A DNA stretch of 37,716 bases from Octopus bimaculoides (taxonomy: Eukaryota): assembly GCF_001194135.2 (NCBI RefSeq), contig NC_068990.1, forward strand, positions 71,268,367-71,306,082. The letters are read 5' to 3'. The notes beneath the pieces are model-generated. The model saw only the letters and a program-made list of their open reading frames with translations, ran no database searches and was not told the DNA's origin. Shown in pieces: positions 1 to 11,206 of the stretch. Positions within the stretch are counted from its first letter, which is position 1. Every line of letters starts with the position of its first letter. Position numbers and translations under genes: made by a program.

Positions 1-235
1 AAGTGATAAAAGTGGTTTTGAGTTATTTTAATTCCTATTTCTAGCAATGCTGGTACTTTCTTTGTAGCCTTCATTATTATTATTATTATTATATATTTAA
101 TAATAATATCTTTTATATATTTAATACGATGATGATGAATACTGTGAAACTTAATTTAATTTAAATTTTTAATAAATTGATTTCAATTGAGTTTTTACCT
201 GTAATTTTGGATTTTTATCCCTAATATTATTATTA

Positions 236-274
<39 letters not shown>

Positions 275-820
275 TTATATTTTATTTCATTCACTTCGAT
301 CATTTTGAATTTGTCACTGAATTCTACTGGTCAATACACATATGGTGATACGCATAATGTTTAACCCTGAAAAAGTAATACTCACTGATGAAGACTAAGT
401 GTTTGTTCATAAGGTTCAAAATCATATGATATGAGTACATCTTTAACTCATTTGTGGTTTTCAATCGCTAATGGTAAGTTGGCATTTTTTGTATGTATGT
501 GTATATATATATATACATACACACAAAAAATGCCAATGTGTGTGTGTACATATGTGAATCATCATCATTTAACATCTGTTGTCCATGCTGGCATATGTTT
601 ATACAAAAATGATTAAAAAATAATTTTTTTACCAGTGGTCAGCATGTGTAATTAATAGTCAGAAAACTTAAATATTTATATATAATAGTGTATAAGATTT
701 TAAAGAAGAATCTTTTTGTGGTATGGGTCTTAACTGCCCTTTCTAGCATGTAAGAAATCCGCATGGTGGATTCCTCTCCATGTATAAAATCTTATGCACT
801 GTTATATCTTTGTGTATATA

Positions 821-1152
821 TCATCATCATCCTTTAACATCCATTGTCTATGCTTGCATGGGTTGAGCAGTTTGACTGGGGCTGAAAGGCTGGACCAGAC
901 TCCAGTCTGATTTGGCAAGGTTTTTACAGCTGGATGCCCTTCCTAATGCCAACCACTCCAAGAGTGTAATGGGTGCTTTTATGTGCCACTGGCACAGGTG
1001 CCATTTGTGTGACACCAGTATCTGCCATGACTGTGATATTGCTCGGTTTGATGGGTCTTCTCAAGCATGACATAATGCCAAAGGTCTTGGTCATTGCTTC
1101 CGTGAGGCCCAACACTTGAGCCAAAGGTTTCGGTCATTGTCTCAGTGCGGTC
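821..1152 (-). mobile_element. 3' end of the same RTE-like LINE (ORF terminus, 3'UTR, (GAT)n tail)
   Basis: LGLTEAMT..DLWHYVMLEKT-type ORF end joined to the UTR seen in the other (CAT)n-headed copies. The GAGGCCCAACAC unit is shared with the flank right of the LTR element. Confidence 0.8.
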
Positions 1153-1394
1153 TAATAAGTACCAGTCCTGTTCCAGTAATATGTAATTCAGGCCATAGCC
1201 TAATGAAAACAGAACACCGAACGCACACTGTAGATAAGACTGGCTAAAAAAAAAACATATATTGTTGCAAAACAAGTTACAGCAGGTTTTATAGATAGGA
1301 AAAGAACCAATCAGAATTAACCATCATACACACACGCACACGTGCGATAGACTGAATGACACATAACATGTAGTTGTAAGTTCAAGTTGTAACA
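1153..1394 (-). repeat. 3' LTR of Gypsy element
   Basis: Direct repeat of 5286-5529, preceded on the minus strand by a polypurine tract. Confidence 0.92.
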
Positions 1395-1408
1395 TCCCTT
1401 TCTCTCCT
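1395..1408 (-). other. Polypurine tract
   Basis: Minus strand AGGAGAGAAAGGGA immediately before TGT of the 3' LTR. Confidence 0.85.
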
Positions 1409-1763
1409 AGTCAATATTATATGTCTGACCCTGATAGCAGTCAACAGGTTTTGATATACACTCTGATTGTTGCAGTGTAGGGTTGTTAGTTGTTTCTCTT
1501 TCATCCAAACAGTCGCTTTCACCCGTTGAGGTTGACCCAGCTTCCTCGTTCACTTCCATTTGATCATTTGTTGCATTTATTACTCGAGATCAAATGTGAT
1601 CCAAATGTCTGCACACAACTTGACCACTTGGTAAACGCAAATTGATTGAACTTCCAAAAGTTTCAACAACTGTTGCTGATTGCCAACACGGTTCATGGGG
1701 AAGTCGAGTATACACAGCATCAGACGCTTTCAATTGTAATCCTTCCTTGTTCTTTGCATTTAT

Positions 1764-2460
1764 TCAGGTTAGTTTTTCTTCAATATTTTTGTGCGATGAC
1801 AAGAATAAAAGGCTGAATCTTGTTTGCAGATTGCAACCAAACAAAAACTCAGCTGGAGACTTGCCTGTAGATTCAGTTGGGGTTGTGCAATAGGCAAAAT
1901 GTAAATGGTACAGTTTAGTCTGAAGGTTTCTAGTACTTTGCTTTTTCAATCCATTCTTTACCGTCAGAACAGCTCATTCTGCTAAGCCATTTAAAGACGG
2001 ATTATATGATGCAGTTCTTATGTGATGTACCCCATCCTCTCTCAAAAATGTTTGGAAAACCTCACTTGTGAAAGGAGTGCCATTATCTGAACAAATTGTT
2101 TCTGGAATCCCAAATGTAGAAAATGATGAGTGTAGTCATGCTACTGTAGATTCTGCTGTAGCATGTACCACTGGATGTACATCTATCCATTTCGAATGGG
2201 CATCAATAATCAATAAGCACATCGTACCATTTAAGAGGACCAAAATAATCTATGTGTAACCTTTGCTATGGTTTTTATGGCCACTTCCAGGGATGTACAG
2301 GTCCTGGTGTATTTTGTTGCTGATATTGTTGACAAACGTCACATCTTCTGCACATCTGCTCAATATCAGCATCCAGATTGGGCCACCAACGGTAACTTCA
2401 AGATAATGCCTTCATTCGATTTATGCCTGGATGAGCATCATGCAACTCATTAAGCAATTG
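1764..2460 (-). pseudogene. Gypsy integrase remnant (HHCC zinc finger + DDE core)
   Basis: Manual translation: ELHDAHPGINRMKALS*SYRWWPNLDADIEQMCRRCDVCQ...IDAHSKW...SDNGTPFTS...NGLAE*AV...TTPTESTGKSPAEFLFG. Confidence 0.92.
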
Positions 2461-2823
2461 TTGTCTTTATTTAAAGGGTACAATTATATGAGGACCCCAA
2501 AATATGCAACCCTTGTGCAAACTCAGTTCATCTTTACACTGTAAAACCAGTATTAATTCTAAACTTGTTTTGGACAGCCACCCTCTTAAAAGATAATGTT
2601 TGACACTGGACAGTATTTGATCTTTGTTAGTTGAAGTATATCCTGTCCTCGGATAGGTGTGCCACTAAAATGTTGCATCATGTGTATCAGTTCTGCTAGT
2701 TGTTCAATTTCATGTAACAAAGAAGTCAAGGGTAAACGACTCAATATATCAGCAGTAACATTCTTAGGCCCAAGAACATAATGCACACTATAACTATAAG
2801 CACTTAACATCCAAAGCCCACCT

Positions 2824-4330
2824 CTACATTCTAGGTGTACACATTTGCTGAATACCCTGCTCTTCTCCAAGTAGTGCAATCAAAGGTTTATGATCAGTAT
2901 AAATTTCAAAATGACAACCCCAAACATATTGATGGAATTGCTTGACACTAAATAAAACTTCAATTGCTTCTTTGTCCAACTGAGAATAGTTCTTTTCAGC
3001 TGGTAACAGAGTACATGAGGCAAAAGTTACAGGATGAACAGTACTGTCAGTCATTCAGTGACAAAGGGCTACACCTAGCCCTGATGGAGATGCATCACAT
3101 TGTAACATCAAACATTTATGCAGGTCATAATGCACAAGTACAGATGAACTAGTAAGTAACTTCTTAGCTGTAGCAAACCCTTTCTGGTGTTCAACATTCC
3201 ACCCGCAAAGGAAATCTTTATGCAATAAGGCATGGTGTCAGCATTGTTGAAATATTTGGTAAAAAATGATGATAATGTCACAACATTCTTACAAATGATC
3301 TTAACTGACTATTGTTTTTAGGTTCTGGTGCATTTAAAATAGGCTGTACTTTATCACTCCTAATTTGCAAACCATCTTTATTAAGTTGGTAACCAAGATA
3401 ACAAACAGAATCACAAAAAAACTCACATTTGTTCTTCTGTTTTAATCCGTTTTTGTAAAGACGATTGAGTATGATGGATAATGTATGAAAATGGTCATTA
3501 TTGGAATGCCTGGTGATTAGTAAATCATCTAGGTATGCACAAGCCCATGGTACATCTTTAGCAATGTTGTTGATAATGTACTGAAAAATTCCTGAGGCTG
3601 AATTAATTCCAAATGGTAATCTAGTAAATTGAAACAACCCAATATGGGTAGCAATCGTAGTGCAAGCATGAGAATTGTCATCAAGTTCAATCTGGGAATA
3701 TGCATGACTGAAATCAGTTTTTGTGAACTTTTGGCCTCCCACTAGAGTCGTGTACAAATCTTTTATTTTAGGTAAAACAGCTGACTGGTTGACTGTAAGT
3801 TTATAATCTCCGCAATGTGCACTGAGCATTTCATCACCTGTACAATGTGAGCTGCCAAATCAAAGTATTGAACTGGAACAATAAACACCTTCTGATTGTA
3901 AACGTTGTAATTTGGCTTCCACTTTTGGCTGCAAAGCATATGGAAGTGTTCGAGCTTTACAAAACCACAGTGACGTGTTGGAAAGTAATTTTATGTTTGC
4001 TTTATATTCATTCAATTTTCCAAGCTTGGTGTCAAATAAAGTACAGTATTCCTTTTTCAGTTGTTTCAATGATGGTGTATCACAAACAGTTTTAATCATG
4101 GTGAGTGTACCAGGTAATTGTCGTGACCAATCATGACCCAATAAGTTTGGACGATTTCCAGTGGTTACATATACATCACCATGTTGCATATTTACATTGC
4201 AAACTACAGTTATTGGGATTTCTTGCACGGTATATGTTTTTGAAGTTGAATAGTTTGTAGAAAGTGGTGGTAAACAGCTGACAGAATGAGTGGTAACAAT
4301 AGAGACTGAAGTGCCCATGTCAATTTCCAT
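2824..4330 (-). pseudogene. Gypsy pol remnant: aspartic protease, reverse transcriptase, RNase H
   Basis: EIDMGTSVSIV (degenerate DTG), CGDYK...DFSHAYSQI...RLPFGINSASGIFQ...YLDDLLIT...YLGY, AEKNYSQLDKEA...YTDHKPL. Broken into several ORFs. Confidence 0.95.
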
Positions 4331-4461
4331 GCAAACTGACTGTCCTTAAATTATCACATCGACAATGTACAAAGGTGGTCAGACTGTAGTGTTAACAGTA
4401 GCATTTAAAGTGAATTTAAAGCGAAATCTTGGCCTTGGTTTTCCTGATTTGTTTTTATCGT

Positions 4462-4988
4462 TCACACCGAATGTTTTAGTGAAGATGAAACTCTGTGTTC
4501 ATCGTACTTTGTATGACAAATTCTGGCAAGATATCCCATTTTACCACATAAATGACAAACTGTTTGCTGATGCTGGCACTCAGATGGAAAATAATGTTTA
4601 AATCCACAATGATAACAAGTAAACTGTTTTTCTGTAAGACTTGATGGCCGAGTTTTTGTAGACATAATAGATTGCACAGCCATCTGCCCTCTGTTAGTAT
4701 AGAAAATTTAATTAGCTGATGTGAAATGCTTTTGCTCTGACAAACTATAGCACAGGCTCTTTCCCAAGTAAGCTTTAATTCTTCTTCCAAAAGCAATTTA
4801 GAACAGGCAGTCTCATCACAAATACTGGAAAGCAGACATTGCAAAGCTATTTCGTTTTTGAACATTTTTGGAGGAATCAGATTGTATTCACATTCAAGTA
4901 AAGCTTGTTGTATTCTGGAAATGAAATCATTGCAGTCTTCTTCAGGTTTCTGATTTAATTTTGTAAAACAGTAATCTGCTGTGTACAC
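4462..4988 (-). pseudogene. Gypsy gag remnant with two CCHC-like knuckles
   Basis: ORFs 4476-4988 (FISRIQQALLECEY...KLLLEEELKLTWERACAI) and frameshifted 4462-4683 (CYHCGFKHYFPSEC...CHLCGKMGYLARIC). Confidence 0.85.
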
Positions 4989-5270
4989 ATTTTTAGCAAA
5001 TCCCCAAAGTTCATTCAGTAAACCAAACGCTTTATGTGGCAGATTCTATAATTCTCAAGGCATCGAAGTGTCTTTGTCCTTGCTCCCCGAGAAATTGGCG
5101 TAATACCTTTATTTTGTGACATTCTGATAAATTAATGGTTGGTTGTAGTATTGAAAGTAGTTCTAAATAATCCAAAAACGAACATTTCCAACGATTCTAT
5201 ATAGCAGGGGATGGTTTGTCTGAAGTAGTACTCCACAGTTGTGTGGGTTAATTCAGCATAGCACACGTCT

Positions 5271-5283
5271 ATCCTTGTCGCCA
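5271..5283 (-). other. Primer binding site, tRNA-Ser type
   Basis: Minus strand TGGCGACAAGGAT, complementary (1 mismatch) to the tRNA-Ser(GCU) 3' end ...ATCCTCGTCGCCA (recalled sequence). 2 nt from the LTR. Confidence 0.8.
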
Positions 5284-5285
5284 GT

Positions 5286-5529
5286 TAATGAGTACCAGTC
5301 CTATTCCAGTAATATGTAATTCAGGCCATAGCCTAATGAAAACAGAACACTGAATGCATGCTGGAGATAAGACTGGCTAAAAAACACTTTTTGTTGCGAA
5401 ACAATTTACAGCAGGTTTTATAGATAGGAAAAGAACCAATCAGAATTAACCATCATACACACACATACATGCACACATGTGTTAGACTGAATGACACATA
5501 ACACATAGTTGTAAGTTCAAGTTGTAACA
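5286..5529 (-). repeat. 5' LTR of Gypsy element
   Basis: Direct repeat of 1153-1394. Minus strand starts TGTTACAAC, ends ...CTCATTA, followed by AC then the PBS. Confidence 0.92.
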
Positions 5530-6750
5530 AGGCCCAACACTCAAAAGGAGCTCAGCCACTTTGCTTTCGTGAGGCCCAACACTCGAAAGGTGCTTCAAAG
5601 GTCTTGGTCATTGCTTCTGTGAGGCCCATATCTGTCACAACTGCAAGTTTGCTCAGCTTGATGGGTCTCCATCTGAAGCACAACAGAATGCCAAAGGGCT
5701 CAGTCATTGCCTCCAAGCGGCTCAACACATGAAAGGAGCTTGGTCTCTGTGAGGCCAATGCTCAAAAGGTTGCTTCAAAGATCTCAGTCATTGTCTCTGA
5801 GGCCCAATGCTCAAAAGATGCTTTTTACGTTCCAGCTGCCTAACACCAGCATCAACCACAACTGCGAATTCACGTGGCTTGACAGGTCTTCTCAAGCACA
5901 GCATATCGCCAAAGGTCTCGATTACTAGTCATTGCTTTGTGAGGCCCAAAGTTCAAAGATCATGCTTCACCAACTCATCCCATGTCTTCCTGGGTCTACC
6001 TCTGCCACTGGTCCCCTTCACAGTTAGAGATCGGCACTTTTTTACACAGCTGTCTTTATTTATACACATCACACAACCATACCAGCACAGTCGTCACTCT
6101 TGCACACCACATCTGATTCCTCTTATGCCTAACTTTTCTCTCAAGATGCCTACACTCTGACGAATATGCACACTGACATTGCACATCCAACGAAGCATGC
6201 TGGCTTCATTTCTTTCAAGCCTATGCATATCATTGGCTGTCACAGCCCATGTTTCACTGCCATGTAGCATAGCTGTACACACACAAGCATCATACAATCT
6301 GCCTTTCACTCTGAGAGAGAGGTCCTTTGTTGCCAGCAGAGGCAGGAACTCTCTGAACTTTGTCCAGCCTAATCTTATTCTCATAGCTATACTCTTGGAG
6401 CATCCACCTCCACTGCTAACTTGGTCACCTAGATAATGGAAGCTATCTACTACCTCTAGCTTACCTTCCCCTTTCCCGGCAGTTGATGGAGTCTATTTTC
6501 TTTACATTTTCGGTGTTTATTGTACCTGTGCATCTTTCATATACAAAAGCTATTTTTCCTGTTAACCTTCCTCTGATACTGCTACACCTTTTATGTGTCC
6601 AAAGCTTACACAGGTGTTCTTATGGGAGTTTCTACTTACACCTTTTCTACAGATCGAGCAGAGCCATCAACCTGAAGGGATTTGTGATTTATCTGCCTTC
6701 CTACTTACTAAGACTTTGGTTTTTGCTAGGTTAATTTTAAGGCCCTTCGA
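5530..6750 (-). mobile_element. 5'-truncated RTE-like LINE, RT C-terminal half and ORF end (5' part of the element split by the Gypsy insertion)
   Basis: GLKINLAKTKVL...SFHYLGD...RIRLGWTKFREFLPLL...KGRLYDACV..AMLHGSETW...GRPRKTWDELVKHDL. Continues past the Gypsy insertion at 821-1152. Confidence 0.9.
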
Positions 6751-7070
6751 ATGTGCAGAGAACAGCTTCTGTCACATTCCAGGGAGAAAAACTACAAATA
6801 GTTGATAGCTTCCATTACCTAGGTGACCAATGCTCTGAAAGTGTAGCTGCTAGAATAAGAATGGCCTGGGCAAAGTTCAGAGAGCTCCTACCTCTACTGG
6901 TAGCAAAGGGCCTCTCGCTCAGAGTAAAAGGTAGACTGTATGATGCATGTGTACGAACAGTCATGCTACATGGCAGTGAAAAATGGGCTGTGACTGCTGA
7001 GGACATGCGTAAGCTTGCAAGGAATGAAGCCAGTATGCTCAGCTGGATGTGTAACACATTATGGCCCTGT
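6748..7070 (+). mobile_element. Second RTE-like LINE RT fragment, opposite orientation
   Basis: EKLQIVDSFHYLGDQ...RIRMAWAKFRELLPLL...KGRLYDACVRTVMLHGSEKW...MLSWMCN. Roughly 80% identical by eye to the reverse complement of 6170-6450. Confidence 0.9.
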
Positions 7071-7278
7071 CATTTGCTGGATTGTATCAAACCATCCACC
7101 CCATGCCAGGATGGAAAACAGATGTTAAATAATGATGATATCTATTATAATTCCTTCACATCATGTATGATTGTCACTGTATCTCTCACTATTTTTATCT
7201 TTCTCTTTTTTTCATTTTAATTATTCCTTTTACCTTCGCATTTCTTTGTTATTCTTCTCTTTCACTATGGCCTATTCT

Positions 7279-7279
<1 letters not shown>

Positions 7280-7324
<45 letters not shown>

Positions 7325-7372
7325 TCTGTCTCTCTCTCTCTGTATCTCTCTCTGTCTCTCTCTCTCTCTGTA

Positions 7373-7404
<32 letters not shown>

Positions 7405-7412
7405 TCTCTCTC
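7280..7412. repeat. Compound (CT)n/(CTGT)/(CTAT) microsatellite
   Basis: Directly visible; source of the spurious SL-repeat ORFs. Confidence 0.97.
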
Positions 7413-7551
7413 ACACCTCCTCTTCTTTCTAGACCACCTGTATATTTTCAGCCTGTCCTTTTTTCTCCCAAACTAAGTATTAAAATGACCTTAGAGTTTC
7501 TGTCCTTTCTCAAATATTTTCATTTTTTCACCCCCTTTATTAATATTTCAG

Positions 7552-7654
7552 CTGTCATCAGAAAAGGAGTAAAGATACACGAACCAAAGCACAGAAACGG
7601 AATGACATCAAACTTGCCATGTTGGCACCAAATTTAATTGAAAAAGACCCTCGG
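7552..7654 (+). CDS. GON4L: GON4L coding exon 1 of 10 in window (upstream exons outside window); xCHQKRSKDTRTKAQKRNDIKLAMLAPNLIEKDPR
   Basis: Acceptor tttcag|c at 7551/7552, donor cgg|gtgagt at 7654/7655. 103 nt (1+34 codons) joins in frame to the next exon. IEKDPR|RDHRD parallels the ILERDPLREQ-type segment preceding PAH1 in vertebrate GON4L (recalled). Confidence 0.8.
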
Positions 7655-7880
7655 GTGAGTTATTAAACTGGGTGGCTATGCCAATCGTTGCACTTAATGA
7701 CCTTTCAACTTTGACATCCTGATGCTGGAAATGTCAGTTTAAAATAGTATTCCTCTTATTACATTGAACTCTGATTCTCTTCTAATCTTGATGATTCTAT
7801 CTTCTTCCAAAATTAATCGCAGCATCTATTTTCAAATTATGTGTGGTTAAGAAGGTAGCAAGCATGAAAAAGCAGGCATT

Positions 7881-7954
<74 letters not shown>

Positions 7955-8636
7955 GTAATTTATTGCATGCATTTATGAAATACTTGCCAACTTGAAGCAT
8001 GTTACTGTGTTAAAATATGCAGACGACATTAACTTGTGCTTTGAAATAAAAAAAGAATGCCTCCTCTATGTTACAGATCTGAGTGTAGCTTACTTGTTCA
8101 CTGAGTGTAGCTTACTTGTTCACTGAGTGTAACTAAGGCTATCGTAAAGCTTGTAGTTCTAAACAAAAGATGTGATTGTCAAAGCTATATTCACATTAAC
8201 AGTCAACTTCAGATGCTGGTCAGACAAAAAAATTCTGCTCTTAAATTATATCATTGTTTGGTTTTAGCACAAATTATGGCTTCTGTGTGTAAAAAGAATT
8301 GTAAAAATTCAAATTTTCCACAAAAAACCCTCATTAAAACACATACACAGAGGAAATATTTTAGTAGAATAACACCAAGTGGTAGATGTATGCTGTATAG
8401 TCACTACACCTGCCAGAAATAGAATCAAATCTCAGCTATCTTACATCTTAACATTTAAAAAAAAGAAAGCATTCAGTGGACAACATAATCCTGAATTTAC
8501 AGGAAGGAGGGTCATGACTGGAATGTCTTTTATCAAAAGTCTGCTTGATCAGGACTGACCTTGGGTTAAACAATAGCGCTGCCTGTATTCCTAGCACTGA
8601 CTGTCATTCCTTGTATATTATTGTAATATGTATAAT

Positions 8637-8851
8637 GTGGCAAGCTGGCAGAATCGTTAGCACAATGGATGAAATGCTTAGTGGTATTTCGCCATCACTA
8701 TGTTCTGAGTTCAAATTCTGCCGAGGTCGACTTTACCTTTCATCCTTTTGGGGTCAATAAATTAAGTACCAGTTGAATACTGGGGTCGATGTAATTGACT
8801 ATCCCCCTCCTCCAAATTTCAGGCCTTGTGCCTATGATAGAAAGGATTATT
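8637..8851 (+). mobile_element. tRNA-headed SINE family A (other copies ~12965-13205, ~14053-14278, ~26455-26630, ~27625-27835)
   Basis: A-box-like GGCAAGCTGGCAGAA, B-box GAGTTCAAATT, conserved core GTCGACTTT(A/G)CCTTTC(A/G)TCC...GGGGTC(G/A)ATAAATTAAGT(A/G)CCAG repeated in five places. Confidence 0.85.
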
Positions 8852-8941
8852 GTAATATGTATGTGTTTTGTAAAATGTAAGGTGAAATCATTTTTTGATC
8901 CTCATAAACCCTGTACATATGTATTGTTGCCTTTGTTTCAG

Positions 8942-9079
8942 AGAGATCACCGAGACACCATTTTTGCTTTGGCTTATCTGAATAAGGTCAAAGAAACTTT
9001 GAAAACTGATATAGAGCGCTATGAACAATTCCTCAGGATTTTGTTTGAATTCGGCAAGAGTGATCATTCACCTGTTGTA
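8942..9079 (+). CDS. GON4L: GON4L exon 2, PAH1 first half (RDHRDTIFALAYLNKVKETLKTDIERYEQFLRILFEFGKSDHSPVV)
   Basis: tttcag|aga acceptor, gta|gtaagc donor, 46 codons. FAxAYLxxVxExL...YExFL is the GON4L PAH1 signature. Confidence 0.92.
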
Positions 9080-9453
9080 GTAAGCCCTGTTTTTATTCAT
9101 TATTGAAAAACCTAATAACTAAATTGTCTTCACCAGCAATTTAATACTACTATATACTATATATTGAGTTTGATTTGAGATGTATACCTTCATGTGTTTA
9201 TATGTGTGTGTGTGTGTGTGTGTGTGACTCCATATGTATTTCATCATCATCATTTTTTTAACATTTATTTTTCCCTGTTTGCATGGATCACATGAGACCA
9301 TGTTGGAGCAGACTTTTCTACAGCAGGGTGCCCTTCCTGTTATCAACCCCCACCTGTTTTCATATTGGGCTTCAAGCAAATAACATCTTTAGTGAAGCCA
9401 TTATTTACAACCAATGAGTGAAATGCATGTGTAGGTGAGAAGGAAATATGAAA

Positions 9454-9494
<41 letters not shown>

Positions 9495-10299
9495 TGATGT
9501 GTATGGAAGTCATGTGTATCTCCCAATGATGAAAAACTAGCCAAGTGATCAAAGGATTGGTCTGTAAGTGTCATATCCTGCATTCTTCTGTTGGTGTCTC
9601 AATAGTCTTTGGTTAATTGAGTTCTTGGGAATGGATAATAGATCTAATGGTTATTTTACTTGAACTAAAATGACAAGTGTATGTTATATATGGTCAGTTT
9701 TTTTGGGTGTGTGTGTGTGTGTGTGTGGGGGGGTCAATTAAATACACACACTATCTATTTGATCTTCATTTTAGTTTTTATTCATATTACTCTTAGTTTA
9801 TGCATCTGTCAAAGTCCTTTCGTCATACCCTGTGACTTCATTAGTGACTCTCTGTCCTGTGTGTCTCCTCTTATCCTGCTTATATTTATTTATTTATTAT
9901 TCTTTAACAAGAATAGTAATGACAGTGACTTTGAAGTTTTGGCTTTGTGCAATCCAAATAACCCTCACCACCTATCTACATTCTTTTGTGAACCCTTAAA
10001 TGCCAATCTCCTAAAAGCTAACATACCAACAAAACACATGTAACTACTGAGGTTAAAACACTGGAGTGAATTCTAGGATTTAATATTCACATTCTCAAAA
10101 CAAAAGGTAAACATCCCTTTGATATCTAAATAAAACTTACAACAGCCAAACCATATTACAGTTCTGCTGACTAACAACCTTACTACATTCTTTTGTGAAA
10201 CTCTTTGACCTGAAGATGATACACCTAAACATACAAAACTATACATGCATGAATAGATTCTAATCATGAGCAATTTCCCAGAGTTAATCAATAAAAATT

Positions 10300-10555
10300 C
10301 TCCATACCGCACCATTTTGAGCGTGGCCGTTGCCAGTACCGCTTGACTGGCCTTCGTGCAGGTGACACGTAAAATCACCCACTACACTCTCTGAGTGGTT
10401 GGCGTTAGGAAGGGCATCCAGCTGTAGAAACTCTGCCAAATCAGATTGGAGCCTGGTGTAGCCCATCTGGTTTCACCAGTCCTCAGTCAAATCGTCCAAC
10501 CCATGCTAGCATGGAAAGCGGACGTTAAACGATGATGATGATGATGATGATGATG
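10300..10555 (+). mobile_element. (GAT)n-tailed RTE-LINE 3' end / tail-sharing SINE
   Basis: ...GTGGTTGGCGTTAGGAAGGGCATCCAGCTGTAGAAAC...CCATGCTAGCATGGAAAGCGGACGTTAAAC(GAT)n; near-identical to 15630-15850. Confidence 0.85.
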
Positions 10556-11206
10556 ATTACTCTTCATTCCCTCTTTATTTACTGCCGCTTATCTCCTCCT
10601 CCCTGACCCACTCCTATTTTCCTTTACCTGCAGCCCCAAATGGAAATTTGCCATTAACCCAATTCCACCCAGGTTCATTACTCAATGCATTCACCCCTAT
10701 CCCTACCTCTCACTATCTTTCTCTTTTTACACTCTCACAAACCTACCTACATATTCACCCTTCCTTGTTCCTCTGTCCCTATTCACTCTTAAAAACACCT
10801 TCTTATATCTTGAGTGTATGCCCTGATACCTCATCACCATCATCTCTTCTCAGTCTCCTGCTGGGGTAGATATCTCTCCTACAGCAAGACACCTGTTTCT
10901 GTTCCTCCATCATACTCCAGCCTTTCAACACCAAACATAAAACACTTCTCTACTGCACTCTTTCACTATGAGGAGATCTTGTTTTGCAAGTTACTTGATG
11001 ACTTCACTAGTGCTGGTGCCATGAAAAAAAGCACCTAGTATGCTCTGTAAAGTGGCTGATGTTAGGGCATCTAGCCATAGAAACCATACCAAAGCAGACA
11101 CTGGAGCTCAACATAGTCCTCTGGCTTGTTGGTTTCTGTCCATCCCATATGAGCACAAAACATGGATGTTGGATGATAGTGATTTTGTGTGTGTGTGTGT
11201 GTGTGT

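Larger units (their letters stand above)
1153..5529 (-). mobile_element. Full-length decayed Ty3/Gypsy LTR retrotransposon (Mag-like: two gag zinc knuckles, tRNA-Ser PBS), antisense in a GON4L intron
   Basis: Two ~243-bp direct repeats, PBS, PPT, and gag-PR-RT-RNaseH-IN order on the minus strand with stops/frameshifts. No env visible. Confidence 0.95.

Noticed and set aside
7163-7637. Overlapping SL/LS-repeat ORFs
   Set aside because: Translations of the (CT)n microsatellite. The real exon (7552-7654) is in another frame with proper splice sites.
8079-8131. Direct repeats considered as a CRISPR-like array
   Set aside because: Adjacent tandem copies with no spacers, in a eukaryotic intron.
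8637-8720. A/B-box sequences considered as tRNA genes
   Set aside because: No cloverleaf; they are the heads of multi-copy SINEs.
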